Below, piece by piece: positions 12,093-25,777 of a stretch of DNA of 64,000 bases. The notes beneath the pieces were generated by a model. It was not told the DNA's origin. It searched no databases and worked only from the letters and a program-made list of their open reading frames with translations. Each line of letters begins with the position of its first letter. Position 1 is the first letter of the stretch. The position numbers and the translations under genes are program-made. The DNA comes from Cercozoa sp. M6MM (taxonomy: Eukaryota; Protista; Endomyxa: Ascetosporea): assembly GCA_040357565.1 (NCBI GenBank), contig JBDODJ010000060.1; one strand, written 5' to 3'.

Positions 12093-14586
12093 ATGGGCTC
12101 AGTAGCTATCATTGGTGCCGGACCAGCGGTATAAAATTTTTGATTGTATTTGTCGTGCGGATGCGATGCAAAGTCAGTTCTTGTATTTTCGTGGGACAGG
12201 GCATTGCGACCGCGCGGTCGTTGGAAGCACGCGGCTTGCGAGCAGAGGTATTTGATCGTGCAGATCAAGTTGGTGGACTGTGGCGTCAGCGAGAGTCACC
12301 CAACGATGTTTGCACATGGAGTGGTACGTCATTTCTGTGTGTTTAGATATTATTGATCATGGAGCAGGCATGAGATGCAATTTGAGTCGAGCAACGATGT
12401 CTTTTGGTGACATATCGATGCCTGGCGATCTTGGTATTATGTGCTTTCGTTTTTCATTGATTTGTTGTCCAAGAGGCACTTCATTGTCTCACAGCGGGTC
12501 ATGCCACAACCGAGGAAGTGCGCGACTACTTGAACACATGTGTTTCGACTCTATCTGTACCCTTTGTTTTTTAAACTTTAACTAACATTATTTCATGTGT
12601 CCTTTTTGTAGACGACAGTGTTTCGACTGCACTCGCGAGTGACACGAATTTCGCGCTGCGATGGCGGCCGCTTTGTCGTGCGATGGCAGGATACCCACAG
12701 TGTAGTTTGTGTACACTTGACTTTGCAAGAGACTGCACTGCTTTTTGTTGACAGGAAGAGGAACACAGTGCCGTCTACAGTCAAGTAGTCCTCTGCACTG
12801 GCGTGTTCAACACGCCAAAGCTTCCGGTATTGGATGCGTCGGTTCCTGTGATTCACAGTGCGCACTGTCAGGGTACAGTACCAGTGTTTTCGCTCATTTG
12901 CTGGTCTTCCTTTTATTGTGCCTCTGTACTTTGAAGGAGACGATGCGTATCTCCAAACTCATTTTGGGGGTCGCCGTGTACTTGTGGTCGGCAGCGGCTT
13001 CTCGGGTATGCTTGTATCCTGCAGTACACCTCGACTTCCTTTCTGTATTCATTGGCGTAGGCACGGAACTGGCGTGTCTTGTGGCCGAGCGTGTTCCCAC
13101 AGCCAAACTCACGGTGGCACTTGGCAGACCACGTTACTATCTTCACAGAATGCTGGACGATACTGACGGTGTCAAGCGACCCCTCGATCACGTGTTCTAC
13201 TCTGTCGACATGCGCGATCACCCTGAGGACGACACGAGCGATCAAAACGACCATAATGATCCCAATGATCCCAACAGCAAACAGCACATCTACTTGAGGT
13301 ACTTTTGGTAGGTTTAGCTGGCGTTTCATTTGTCTACTATATATTCTCGCAGACGACAAGCAAAAAGTGAGCTGGCCACCATCGCTGACTGGCGTCTCGC
13401 ACCGCCTCGAGGTGGTGGTACTCTCGTCCTAGTTTCTTTGGCATAATGCTCCTACTGTGTAATGTCGAGATGTCCTTAGCAAGACGCGTTGCTATCACTG
13501 ACCACTTCGTTGAACTGGTATTTGACCTTGCAGTGTATTGCATATTGGCGCTATCAGGGATGACTCAGGTCGCTCTGGATCGAATTGCGGTGCGTCGCAA
13601 CTTGTGCGAAATTCAACGAAACTTCGCCGTTTTCGGTCCGCAAGTGCCCAGCGGGTCAGTTTTGGAGTCTTTAGTTTTGTGCTCGTTTTGTGCTGATTAC
13701 GTTTGTTTGCTCGAACCTGCAGACAAGACCGAAAAGAGTACTTTGACATTGTGCTCGCGTGCACTGGCTTCACTTGCGACCTGTCCTTCCTGTCGGAAGA
13801 GCTTCAACAACAGCTCGGCTATGATGTACTCCATTTTAGTGATCATATTATAGTATTACTCTCTTTGTGTGTCCAGGCGAAAAGCAAGCAGCCTGTGCTA
13901 GCGCAAGAAGGCGTGTTCCCCTGTGTCGGACCGTGTGACCTGTAAATATACACTTGTCTTTGCCAGGTCAATTTATGCGTGTGGCATAGTGCGTGCGTGG
14001 GCGTCTACAACGGACCCTACTTTGGCGTGATCAAACAGCAAGCAGAGTGGGTGGCTGACGTGTTTTCTAGCACCCTCGCTGTCGGCAGTGACACCGAGAG
14101 AGCACAAGTGCTGACGCGCGAAGTGGCCCAACGAGAGTACTCTGGGCTTGTGTCCCGTTTGTATTGCATACTTGTTTGAACTTAAACAGACTAGCTGACT
14201 GCAGTGGACTTCGGCAACCTCAGTTCGTGCGCGAGTACGGACGGATGATGGCTTCTTTGGGTACCTCTCATGAAAGTTAGTCAGAAGTGACTGCTTCTTA
14301 AATCAATGTTGCGGTAGGACGTCTGCGAGGCGTCTGGCCGCCTCCTGTCGACTGTGTTGAGTGCGTTTCCGTTGGAAGTTTAGGAGATTAAGAAAGATGC
14401 TTGTGTCAATAAATTACTTTGGCAATGCAGAGGTCAAAAACTGCGGCAAGAAATCTGTCAGGACAAATTCTGGCGGTACGTTTCTGTTGCTTCACAGTCT
14501 TTCAAACAGTTATTGCACTGGCGCGCAGGCCGGAGTATCTGTTCCGCAGTGCGGACATTGTGCGCAATTCTACTGATATCAGCTGA
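12093..14586 (+). CDS. Flavin-containing monooxygenase (FMO-like)
   Basis: IIGAGPAG (FAD), VGGLW, LCTGVFNTP, VIHSAH, VLVVGSGFSG (NADPH), FDIVLACTGF; many short GT-AG introns. Confidence 0.88.
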
Positions 14587-14854
14587 CAGACTGCAGCTCG
14601 AAAGTGACCCTAATTATATCTTGCACTGGTTCTACATATTACGAACTAAGTAGTTCCTCTGCACCTGCCAGAGGGCATGGTAGTGTCTACCGCTGGCTTC
14701 ATACTTTCGCTGCAGTCGGTAACGTAAGCCGTGGGCATGGGTGATTGTACAGTCGAGTAAATGCAAACAAGACTCGACAGGCTGTTGTTCATACTAATTT
14801 TCGTTGATCAACCGACGAAGGCTAGGGATCAACGCAACCGAGACGTCGCGTCAC

Positions 14855-17800
14855 TCAGTCAAGTGTTGGAATTAAACTGCTCCACCCTAATCCAAACACA
14901 TACTTTTTCCAGCTCAATAGCAGGCAAAACCGAGCTTACCCGCTCCTTGACGAAGTGTTTTTTCATGCCCAAAGACAGCAAGCATGTGATTCGCACGTGT
15001 CAGGGCGACATTTAAGCGACGAGGGTCTACGCAAAGGTGCTAAGCAACACACCGTACAATGCTACACACGACTACCCTCGATGAAGCTACAGTCTGACGT
15101 GCGAACGGTCGACAGAAGAACAATATCGAAGCTGGAGCCTACATTTTACTATGTTCGAACAACTGATACAAGAAAGAAACTGATCCAATACTACGTTGTG
15201 CAACATCGCTGTCGATAGTGTCGAACGTCAGCTTCGTGCGGATTCCCTCGCGTTGGTTGCTCGGATACGCTTGCAGCGAATTCATAACCTAGTGCGGCAC
15301 AAGCAAGCAACCTCAAGAGCAAGTGATACAATCGACATCTGCAACTTCAGGTTCCCAGCACAGCAAAAAACTAAGATTTGAGTGCTTGGTACCTCTTGCT
15401 CCATAAGTCGAACTTGCCCACCATACGGCGAAAGGAAACCGACAGAAGGAACGTTGCCCTAAAATTAAACAATCGTGCGGCTGACCAAAACAACTTAGAA
15501 AAGCAGGCAAAATTTGAGTACCGATGCCAGCACTCCAGCATCACGAGCCAAGCGAAGAATGAACTCGAAATACGACTTGACAGCGCCAGCCTGGAGCACA
15601 CTCGTCGATGAATACAACGACAACGAACATAGCGAATTACCTCCTCGTAATTCCTGTACGAGGTTCTATTGCAGACCCTTTCCTTGCCGTCGCGGACGTT
15701 GTACACGCGCGCGGTGCCTGTTATTGATAGAAGCGGTATTTCAAAATACACAAACAACACCAGTCGACAACAACTAAGTTTAAATGAACAAAAGAAAAAA
15801 TACCGAAACGCAGGGAATTTGAGATCCAGTGGAACTTGTTCTCCCACTTGTGCTATAAAAAATGCATGTGCCACAAAAAGTCAACTCAACTCAACCGCAA
15901 ACTGATATGTTCTACCTCATCTCGTTTGACCTTCTCGCTGTCGGCGGTGAGCGCACCGGCTGCACCGGACGGTGCGGTCTGCTTTCGGCGTAAACCGGCG
16001 ATCCGCGGATCCATTCGATCTTGTTGCAGAAGTGGGATTGTAGGGTAGCCCGTTTTCTAAACACAGCGACACCCGCATAGGTGACCTCCAGGATGGTTTA
16101 AAGTGAAGTCAGTCTACCATCAAGCGCTCAAACAAGGATTCTTGGAAAAAACGGTTCATGAGGCTGGCTGGAACAGTAGCCTGCTCTCAACGCAAGCATA
16201 TCTACTGTAATAAAGTTAAAGCAAGACGTAAGTTTAGATACCTGTAGGCGGCTCGGGTCACCCAGCAGAACAAACTTGTCGCGACCGAGAGACACGGGGA
16301 TCAGGGCTTGATATTCATGCAGCCGCACGGCATCATCGATCACTGCGAAGCGAGAATAAACACATCGCACATTCACAGGACAAAGTACAATTGAAAGCAA
16401 TGGAGACTGGAGAATACCGACAACGTCGGGACGCCATTGCGTGCGCAGAGTTCCAGCACCAGCGGGAGTTGCGAACACAATGTTCCCAAAATCTCGTTTC
16501 CGGCTCTGCAAGTAGAGAACAGCAGTTAAGGCCATCAGACCGTCGTGCTTCCGTATCGCAGTTAAGAGACACTTCGCGCCTTCTTGAGTTGGCGTACACA
16601 CTAGCACCTTCCTGTTTCTTTCCTAAATTTACCCAGGTAAAGCAAACCGAAATGTGGAAGTGAAATATTGAAAAGAAAGAGCAACAACTTACCGAAAAGA
16701 ACTTTATAATCGTATGGATGAGGTGCAGCTTGTCTAAAGCAATCAAACTGCGTCACACGAGCGAGGATACGCATGCAGATCAATTTACTTGATTCGGTGC
16801 CAGGCGGTGTCTGGACTAAAGTGACGCGCTGGCGTTCGTTACACGCTGATTGAAGTGCGTTGCGCTGCGATACGTTTAGTTGCTCACGCTCTGACAGCCA
16901 GTCCGCGGCCTGCTCGAACAAAATATCGATTGTGATAAATCGATTGAAACACTCAATATACTTGTAGATAGCTGCGAATGCACTTACATCCGCATTGTCT
17001 TCGGCATGGTGGTTGATGTTGTCGACTCCGTTCGACAACAAAAACGATTTGTCCGACAAATCGTGAACCGACTCGAAATAGCGCTTGGTGTCCGTTCTGC
17101 AAAAATCAAAGTATGATAAACTTAGACTGTAGACATGCTGCGACCTAAGTTACAGGGAGTGCAAAAATCGAATCCAAACACGAGGCTGCTCTTGTCGCTC
17201 TCGCGCCTTGCGCACTCCTTCGCAAAACGGGTGTTTCTTCTTGTTTTGCCACTTGATCTTGAGTGACGTCCCTGTGCGACTCTCGATGTATCCAAAGACG
17301 GCGTACTCATTTGTGGAGTCATTCGGAGCACCGGTGTGCGAGTTGAAATCGATTGTTTCAAACGAAACCAACACGATGGCGTGTGGGATCAAGGCCTAGT
17401 GCACATTAATAATAATAAATTTACCACTGCGTAGCAAATGAAGTCATCAGATGCGTGGGAAACACCTTTTCTAAGCCCATGTCAGACAGGTCAAGTTTCT
17501 CGACTTCAAATGTCCTTGCTCCGTTTGTCTCAAAGAACAGTGTCGCTGCGATGACTTGCGTGTCTGCTTTCATGCTGAGCACACACAGCACTTCTGTGTG
17601 CTTTTGTACCACAAATCACATGGTGCAGTACCCGTGTGGCCCTTCCACGATGTTCGCACAGTCACGAACTCGCAGCTCAGCGAAACCTGCGAGAAGCGGC
17701 TGTTTGCTCAACAAGGATCGACACAAAAGTCAGCGCAGAACGAACGGTCGAAGCTGACGGAAATGGTGATTTGTGACTTCGTGTTGGACTCATATTCCTC

Positions 17801-17944
17801 ATAAAGTTCCCGCGGCGACAAGACTAGCAACTTAGTCCGGTACTTTGGGAACTCCTTGCTCGGAACGTTAACAGCAGCGGTCGGGCTGCGCATAAGAACG
17901 CACAATAAAAAATTTGAGGACAGAATACAAGCAAGACACCTCAT
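14855..17944 (-). CDS. SF1 Upf1/DNA2/NAM7-like helicase with degenerate Walker A/B
   Basis: LNVSQRNAL (Q motif), LVQTPPGTES, VLVCTPT, VIDDA…LIP, LLGDPSRL, FDIVLLSTVR, DPRRLNVALTRA. Confidence 0.85.
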
Positions 17945-18262
17945 TTCGATTCTGGGGATCAGCTCAGAGAGATGAATGAAACAGGGATGCAACACTAAAA
18001 AGGGCTAAACCGTTGTCTGTGCAATGCTGATTTTGCAGAATATTCCTGATTATTATCGGGCCGACCGTTGACCGGAACCGCCGCTCACTCAGTCGAGGGG
18101 CAAAATAAGGATCAAATCACCCGTGCTCTTGAAACGCAGGTCTGATGGCACTTTTATTGTCGTTATCTCGAGCAACTATCTTCCTTGCGCTGAAAAATCT
18201 TACCGGCAGCGCAGAGCGATCTCGGAAAATTACTCAAACCTGTTTCTCGAGGCACGGCTACG

Positions 18263-21200
18263 CTAGGTGTGCGGCACCATCTGTCGCGCGGCATCGTCGA
18301 CAGAGAGACCGCGTAACGGCATGCCTGCCGAGGCGGTAGGCGACATGAGCCAGCGCTGCACGCACTCGGAGTCCACGAGTCGCGCGCCCAGCGCATGCGC
18401 CTGTTGCAGCACGGCCGTGCGCACGTTGCTGCGCTTCGACTCGCTCGACAGAGCACTCAGCTCGAACAGCAGCACGTCGCCGCGCCGCAAGTCGTCGCGT
18501 GTCACCACGGTGGCTCCCAGCGCCGCCACCAGGTGGCGGAACAACTGCTCGCGCCGGTTCTGCAGCGCGTAGCACGCCACTCGCTTGCCACGCAGTGGCA
18601 GCGCTTCCTTCCGCGCGCGCGCTGCGATGGCTCGCGTGATCTTTTCGTCCTCTTCTGCGCATATTTCATCGACTCGACTCAACTCAAACTCCAAAGCCAC
18701 TCAACTCAACTCAACTCAACTCAAAGCAACTCAACTCGCTTCGAGTCAACTCAACTCAACTCAACTCAACTCAACTCAACTCGAGTCAACTCAACTCAAC
18801 TCAAGGCAACTCAACTCAAAGCAACTCAAAGCAGCTCAACTCAAAGCAACTCAACTCAAAGCACAGTAAACATACGCCACAGATGATCCTTCGCTTCGGG
18901 CAGTTTTGGAGTCGTTAGGGCCGATGTGCACCACGAGGCCGACACGATCGTCGCACGCGTCGCAATTGCCAGCAACAGCTTCGCAGTGATCAGCGGTCGC
19001 GCCAGCACGAGCATATCGAAGGTTTTCGCTTGCTGCTCAAGCAAAGCACAGATTTCACAGCACAGATTTCACAGCACAGATTTCAAAGCACAGATTCGAG
19101 CAAAGCGCTGTGTGATTTGTTCAGCTTTGCAAAACACTTTGAAGGCAAAGCTCGTACCTCGCAAGTCGAAACATCGTTCAAGAAAGCTTCGCGCACGACG
19201 TGCAGTGGCAGTTCGCGCAACTGCGCACGCACGCCGCTCGTCGACTCAAAGCCGCTCAAGAGCACACGAAGCTGTTTCGTTCGCTTCGACTCTTGAGTAG
19301 AATTCGAGTGCTGCAGTACACGGCGTTTCTTGGACGGCGGCGGACCTTCGTCGCGTGAGAAAGTGCACGAGATTTCGCGTTGCAGCGGCTGCTCTTGTGT
19401 GGCTTCACATTTCGCTTCGTGTTTCGCTTCTTGTTTTGCTTCTTGTTTCGCTTCGTGTTTCGCTTCTTGTTTCGCTTCATCTTGACTACTTCAAAGCGCG
19501 CAAAGCGTAGCGAGTCGAAAAAAGAAAGCAGCGAAAGCGAAAGGCAGTTTTCGTACTCGGGCGGGACGATGCCTTTGGCGAGACAGGCGCGTCGGACCCA
19601 ATCGACGCTGCGGCGACGCACTTCGCCGGTGGAGACGCGCAGCTGCAGCGACTTGGGCAAACTGAGACTGGCGTCGCAGACGACGAACTGGATGGTCTTG
19701 GCCGTCGGGTGCTTGAGCACACGTGCGCCCAGCTGACGCAGCATCTGCTCGACTTGGCTCTTGTTGCCAGCCACGTGGACTCGCGTGCGTGACCACTGAC
19801 TCGGCCAGTCGTCCCTCTGTGGACACGTGACAGTGACCGATCACTCTGGCCCGCCTGGGTTGACACCCGCCTGGGTTGACACGTGTGCAGGTGGTACCTT
19901 TCGCGGTCGCTTGAAGCCGACGCTGCTGTCGTTGAGCGGTGCTTTCACACGGGCGTTGTTGACGGTGCCGCTGTTCTCATCGACGGTGACACTGGCCTGC
20001 GTGTCGGTGCCGGCGTGGTGCCGAATGATGTCGCGCACGTGCACCACTGAGTTCTCGGGCGGTTCCACCACCGTCAGTGGCAGTGTGTGCTCCTGCTGAT
20101 CCTGCTGCTGCGGCTGCGGCTGTTTCTCGAGGTCATCGTCGTCGTTGCCACCGAGACCGATTTGATCTTGATCATACTGATCGGACGGTTGATCATACTG
20201 ATCGGATGGTTGATCACTTTGTTGCTGACCACGTGCCAGTGACAGACGGTTGCGATGATCGCGCACGTCGCTCGCCAGCGCCAGCAGCGGCAGCGTGTGC
20301 CGCACGGCGCGCGTGCTCAGATCCAGCGTGTAGTGCAGCACCGGCAGCACCTGCAGCAACCGTCACTCAGTCAGGTGGTCACTCAGCGATCACTCAGTCA
20401 GGTGGTCACCCTCAGTTATCAGCGGCCGGTACCTTCTGCGTCAGCACCGAGTCGTACAGCCAGGACCACGTGACCACTGGCACAGAGTACTTGCGCGCCG
20501 ACTGCACCTTCTTGGACGTGCCCTGCTGCGCCAGCACTGCGGGGGGGGGGTAAGGGAGGGGGTGGGTGGGGGTGAGGGGGGGTAGGGTGGGGGGGGGGGT
20601 AAAACCGTGGGAAGTGCTGCGCGAGCGGAAGCAGGACTCGTGCGGCAGCGCGAGCAGCTCGGCGAGTTTCGTCACGCGCCGGCGCTCCGACTGCGCGAGT
20701 TCCGAGTACGTCATCAGCAGACCTTCTTGCGGCCGCTTGGCCTACTCCACCCCACCAACAAGCTTGTTGCACTGCCAATGTTCCCTGTCAATGCCTGCCA
20801 ACCAGGCTGTCCAAACACAGGTACCTCTGCTGCATGCGGCAGCGGCACAAACAGCGGCGACTCGGTGATGGCATAGACCAGGTTGTCGGCTGTACAGAGT
20901 ACCTGTGCGAACAAGCCTGTTTGAGGCAGGCAGTAGCCGTACCTAGACACGCGTCCACCCAGGCTGGCGTGACACTGCGCGTCCGACCGAGCGACGCGCG
21001 ACGCAAAAAATGCTCAATTTCGACGCGCTGCTCCGCGCTCACCTCCGTGGCATCTGCGCGCAGATATACCCCCCCAGATGATACCCCGTCCTCACATGTC
21101 AACCCACCCACACGGTTAGCCCCACCCACACGGTTACCCACCCACACGGTTAGCGATCACTCTGAGGACGGTTTACTTAGAGAAACGCCGGCGTGGCGAA

Positions 21201-21630
21201 ACGCGTCGCGTCGCTCGCGAATCTCCTGCTGCAGCGGGTGCTCCTTGGGCGGTGTCGTTTCTGTTTACCCCCCCAAACAACCTTGTTTCTAGAGACACAC
21301 ATGGCCAGAGACAAGACACTGAAGTATACGCATGAAGGAGGAACGAGTGTGTCCGCTGACACTGTTGTTGTGAACGAGGTTGTTCACGGCACTGTGTTGC
21401 GACAGCGTTTCTCGTACCACAAAGTGCACCTGCACAACAGAGTGTACCGACAGAGTATTAAGGCGAACAAGGTAGTTCCAACAAACCTGTTCGTTGGTAC
21501 TGCCGTCTAGTACGTGTCCACCAGCCGCGAGGATTCGCCGGCGCAGCGATCGGCGCGCCTGAGCGTCCGCTAGTCGCAGTCGGAACGCGTAGTTTCGGAA
21601 CAGCAAACTGCGCGGCACTTCGCCTGTCCG
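18263..21630 (-). CDS. Multi-BRCT scaffold protein (TopBP1/Rtt107/PTIP-like); 5' end lost in an assembly gap
   Basis: Several BRCT signatures: RILAAGG, VTPAWVDAC, VPVVTWSWLYDS, LRQLGARV…VDWVRRAC, and a C-terminal tandem pair (KLLLAIA…IVSASW; LVAALGATV). Confidence 0.8.
18675..18862. repeat. (TCAAC)n pentanucleotide satellite inside an intron of the BRCT gene
   Basis: Directly visible; bounded by GTATG…CAG on the minus strand. Confidence 0.9.
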
Positions 21631-21739
21631 GGGGGGGGGNNNNNNNNNNNNNNNNNNNNNNNNNNNNNNNNNNNNNNNNNNNNNNNNNNNNNNNNNNNNN
21701 NNNNNNNNNNNNNNNNNNNNNNNNNNNNNNNNNNNNNNN

Positions 21740-24700
21740 CACATCTCACATGTTGCACCTCTCCCTTAACGACAAAAACTGCAAGAAACGCACCCTGCAG
21801 TTCTTTCAATGCGTCGCAAAACAGCGCCTCCATCTCTGACTTCTGCAAGACCAGCAATGTATGGGTAGAAGGGGGTAAAGTCAGAGTGGGCTAATATGGT
21901 ACAGCTTCAGTGTCGACGATAGCACTCGTTTTCTTCACGCGCTTCTGAGTCAAGCAAAACAACGTTGAGTCAAGTCAAGCAAAAGCAACTTCCGAGTCAA
22001 ACGAAAAAGCTTTGTCACCTCGAGTGAAGCACTCAGCTGCGTCAGGAAACCGTCGAAATCGGCGTCTTTCTCGTCATAGTCGTACTCGTGCACACCCCTG
22101 TAACAACAACAACAAAGTATCGAAAAAGCAACAAGTCAAGCAGATGTGGAAGTACAAAGCATCGGATTCTTCGAGTTGCTCCTCAAAGTCTTCGGCACTG
22201 TCGAGCAGTTCCTGCAGCGCGCTGTCAATCTCGCTTCGTTCGACTGCACTGAGCGAAGCTTCCTCCGACGTGGCAGCCGAACTGGACTTTTCAGTTTCGA
22301 CTGCTTGCTTCGCCGGTTTCGCCGACTTGGGCGCCATTTCGAAAGCCTCAGCACCGAAGGAAAAACTCGGGACTGCTTTCTGCTTTGTGCTTTCGCCGAA
22401 AGAGCCTCCGAAACTGAAAGTTTTGGCTTCATCAGTTTGCTTGGTTTCTTTCGGTTTCGCGGCAAAGGCGTTGGAAGAGGCAAAGCTGCCGAACGAGCTG
22501 GAAGCACTGCTCGGAGTGCTCGAAGAAGCTTCCTTCGGCGGGCCACCGAACGAGAAACTGAAGGCAGATTTTTCTTGCTTCGGTGCTGCTGCTTTCGGAG
22601 TCGGAGCTTTCGCTGTGAGTTGCGGAAGCATGACAGGCTTGTTAGCGATACGCGGCATGCCCTCGCGGAAGAGAGCAACGACATGTCGCACGTGCTTCTC
22701 ATCAGTCTCGTCGAGTGCGACGGCGTCGTCCTCGAAGTCGTCGTAGCTGTAGAACTGCACGAGTGACACCACGCCGAACGACGACATCAGCACCGCCATC
22801 GGGCCGTCTGGGAGGACAGGAGGTCAGCAAGGGACGAAGGTTAGGGGGCAAAGGTTAGAGGGTAAAGGTCAAGGGGCAAAGTGTCAAGGGGGCAAAGAGT
22901 TAAGGGGCAAAGGGTTAAGGGGCAAAGGGTTAAGGGGCAAAGGGTNNNNNNNNNNGGGGCAAAGGGTTAAGGGGCAAAGGGTTAAGGGAGACAAAGGTTA
23001 AAGGGGATACAACTACCCTCGGTGTGCAGGAAACCGCCGCCGAGACAGCCGCGCGAATCCCAGTCGGCCGAACATGGCATCTGCACGCCTTCTGCCACGG
23101 GGAAAGATAAATGAAACAAGTAAAGGAACAAGAGGGGGTAAAGTGTACCATCGCCGCAGAGCTCGAGCACGCGCGTGTCGATTTGTTCGTTTTCGACAGC
23201 GACGCTGAGCAGGAAGGTGTCGCTACTGGTCGTACTGGTCACCAGTGTGCACAGCGTGTCCTGACTCTGCGTCGGCACCGGCAGACACAGCACGCGCGGT
23301 TTGTGCGACACCGCAGCATCCTGGAATTATCGGGATCTTAGGGATCATAGGGAAGCCAAAGGAGGTGGCCGGGACTGATACCAGAGGCATCAACTGCCGC
23401 TCGACACGACTGGCCATCTTGAGCACATCTCCCTGCAGCACAAGCACGGCCACGCCGTCGCCGTCCGCCGCCTCGCGCGTGCGCAGACCGGCCACGAACA
23501 CCTGGGGGGTAGAGGGGTGGGTGTAAATGGTGGGTGTAAGTGGTACGGGGAGGGGGTAATGTGTAACGAACCTTGGCCTGCTTGAGTGTGCCGACAAAGC
23601 AGAGCGACGTGCAAACAGCGTCGCCCAGGGACAGTTTGGTAACTTGCACATCGCCATCGCGCAGGTAGATGCACCCGTCGCTCTGACTGTACAGGAAGCG
23701 ACTACTGCCACCGTCAGACGCCACGGCAACGGCTTTGTATCGCTTCTTCAACGGCGCCTCACTGTCGACACTAAAGTACTTGGCATCGGCGTCCACTCTC
23801 TCCGACACAGGGTCCACTTGGGCTACACAGAACAATAGAGTGGACCCAGGATGTTAAGGAAGCAAAGGGTTGTATTTAAGGGTGGGCAAAATGGGTAACA
23901 TCGGAGGGGGGTAAAACACACCCAAATCGCCCTCCGCGGTCACCAGCAGCACTCGGTTCTTGTCCAAGAAACAGCACGCCCGTGCTCCCACACAGGCCGC
24001 CGACGTCAGCGAACGCGTCGTTCCCTTAACCAGGTCCACGAAGGACACGCACTGGTCCGAGCAGACACACACCAGTGCCTGAACAAACAGGTTCGTTTGT
24101 TTGACACTCAAATCAGACCTCAAGAAACAAGGCACGGCTGCCGGCGACAAGGCGCAATCGGCAATCGACGTGCCTTCCACCGTGGCCACCACACGGAACA
24201 GCCCTCTGCCAAAGCAACCCATTCTTCAGTCTGTTTGTTTTCAAGCAACAATTTCAAAGCAAAGCGTTCGAAGCAAAGCTATCAAAGCAAAGCTTTCGAA
24301 GCAAAGCTATCAAAGCAAGTATTGAAACAAAGCTTCCAAGGTACCCTGTCGAGATGAATTGACTGAACTTTTCGTCTTCGGCGGCTTTCAACTCGTTGGT
24401 GTCAGCTTCGTCGCCGAGCTCGTTGTCTTCGTCTTCGTCCTCCTCGCCTTGCGCCGACTCCTCGAGCTTTCGCAGCAAATCATCGGCCGAAGCGAGCAGC
24501 ACCTGGACTTTGCCCTCGTTTGGAACGACCACAACAACGTCGCCCGATGGCAGCACGTAGCACAACCGTCGAAGCGTCTTTTGCGCATCGAAAGCGCTCG
24601 AAAGCTCTGCTAGTTTTTCGGTCTGAAAGCGACAAATGGAGCGGAATGTAGTTAAATCGAGCGAAACGAGGCAAAGTAAAGCGAAACAAAGTGAAAAGAT

Positions 24701-24854
24701 GCAAAATAGCGCAAAGGTTATTAAATCCCACTCAAACGCGCTCAAATCGAACGCTGTTTGGTACCGAGTCGATGACGCGCAGAGCACCACCCAGGGCGCC
24801 ACCCTCGAGCAGGCTACCGACGTAGCGCGGCTCAGGTGCACTCTGCGTGGCCAT
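21740..24854 (-). CDS. FG-nucleoporin, Nup214/Nup159-like (beta-rich N-terminus, FSFG repeats, start of a helical region); 3' end lost in the gap
   Basis: FSFSFGG, SFGSF, TFSFGGSFG, FSFGA in 22250-22600 after beta-strand-rich exons; followed by acidic helical sequence. Confidence 0.65.
22836..23008. repeat. Intronic G-rich minisatellite (TTAAGGGGCAAAGGG)n
   Basis: Directly visible, spans a 10-N gap. Confidence 0.9.
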
Positions 24855-25079
24855 CAGCTGCACTGCTGCCACACGGGAGTCCACCAAAAACACTAGCAAC
24901 GAGAGTTTTGGCAGCAATCAAATTTTGCTGGCTACAATTCTCTTTTTCAATCCACTGCGTTTCGCCACCACAAGTGCTTCTAAGAGATCTGTGCATTTTG
25001 AACAAACTACCAGTTTGTAAACGGACGCAGTGCACTCAGAAGCTCGTCAATCTTGTTCACCAAGACATCTTTTTGGGCG

Positions 25080-25727
25080 ATGGAGACCCCTGCACGCGTT
25101 GCGGATGTATGTGTTTTTCTCTTGATTTTGCTTGTTTTCCGCTTGATTTGGCTTGCTCTCGCTAAATTCCGCCCGGTTTAGTGTAGATTCGCTTGATTTC
25201 ACCGTTGTTTCGCGTAGTTGCCGCGCATCCTGGCGTACAACCTGTTCGGTCTGCCGCGAGTGGCGGCAGCGTTCGCGCGGATGGACTTTTGCGCCGTGGA
25301 AAGAGCGCGAATCCTCGCATCGGAGCAAAGCGATGCGCTGTTCGAGAACGTCGAAGTGGTTTGTTTCGCCGAGTGCTTTCGCGACGATGTGTTTCCGGTG
25401 CTGCGCGAAGGCATGGCGCGGCGAGGTTTCGTGCACCATTCGCAGCGCGTTGGACACAACCTGGTGACAGTACCGACCGGTCGGAAACGTCGTTTGGGTT
25501 GGCCGCTCAATGGTGGCGTTGTGATCTTCAGTCGCATTGCGATCGGCGAGACCAACGAGGTCGTGTTTCGCTCTGCCGTCGGTGAGGACTGGTGTGTCGC
25601 CAAGGGTGCCGTGCACGTCCGACTGCAGACAAGGCCGACTGTGCACATTGTAGCCACGCACTTGCAGGCGAATTCTACGGCACAGATGGCTCGACCTTCC
25701 GAGTGGTGCACCCTCTTTCTCTCTGTG

Positions 25728-25777
<50 letters not shown>

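Noticed and set aside
22836-23008. Interstitial telomeric repeat
   Set aside because: Unit is a 15-mer, not tandem TTAGGG, and it is confined to one intron
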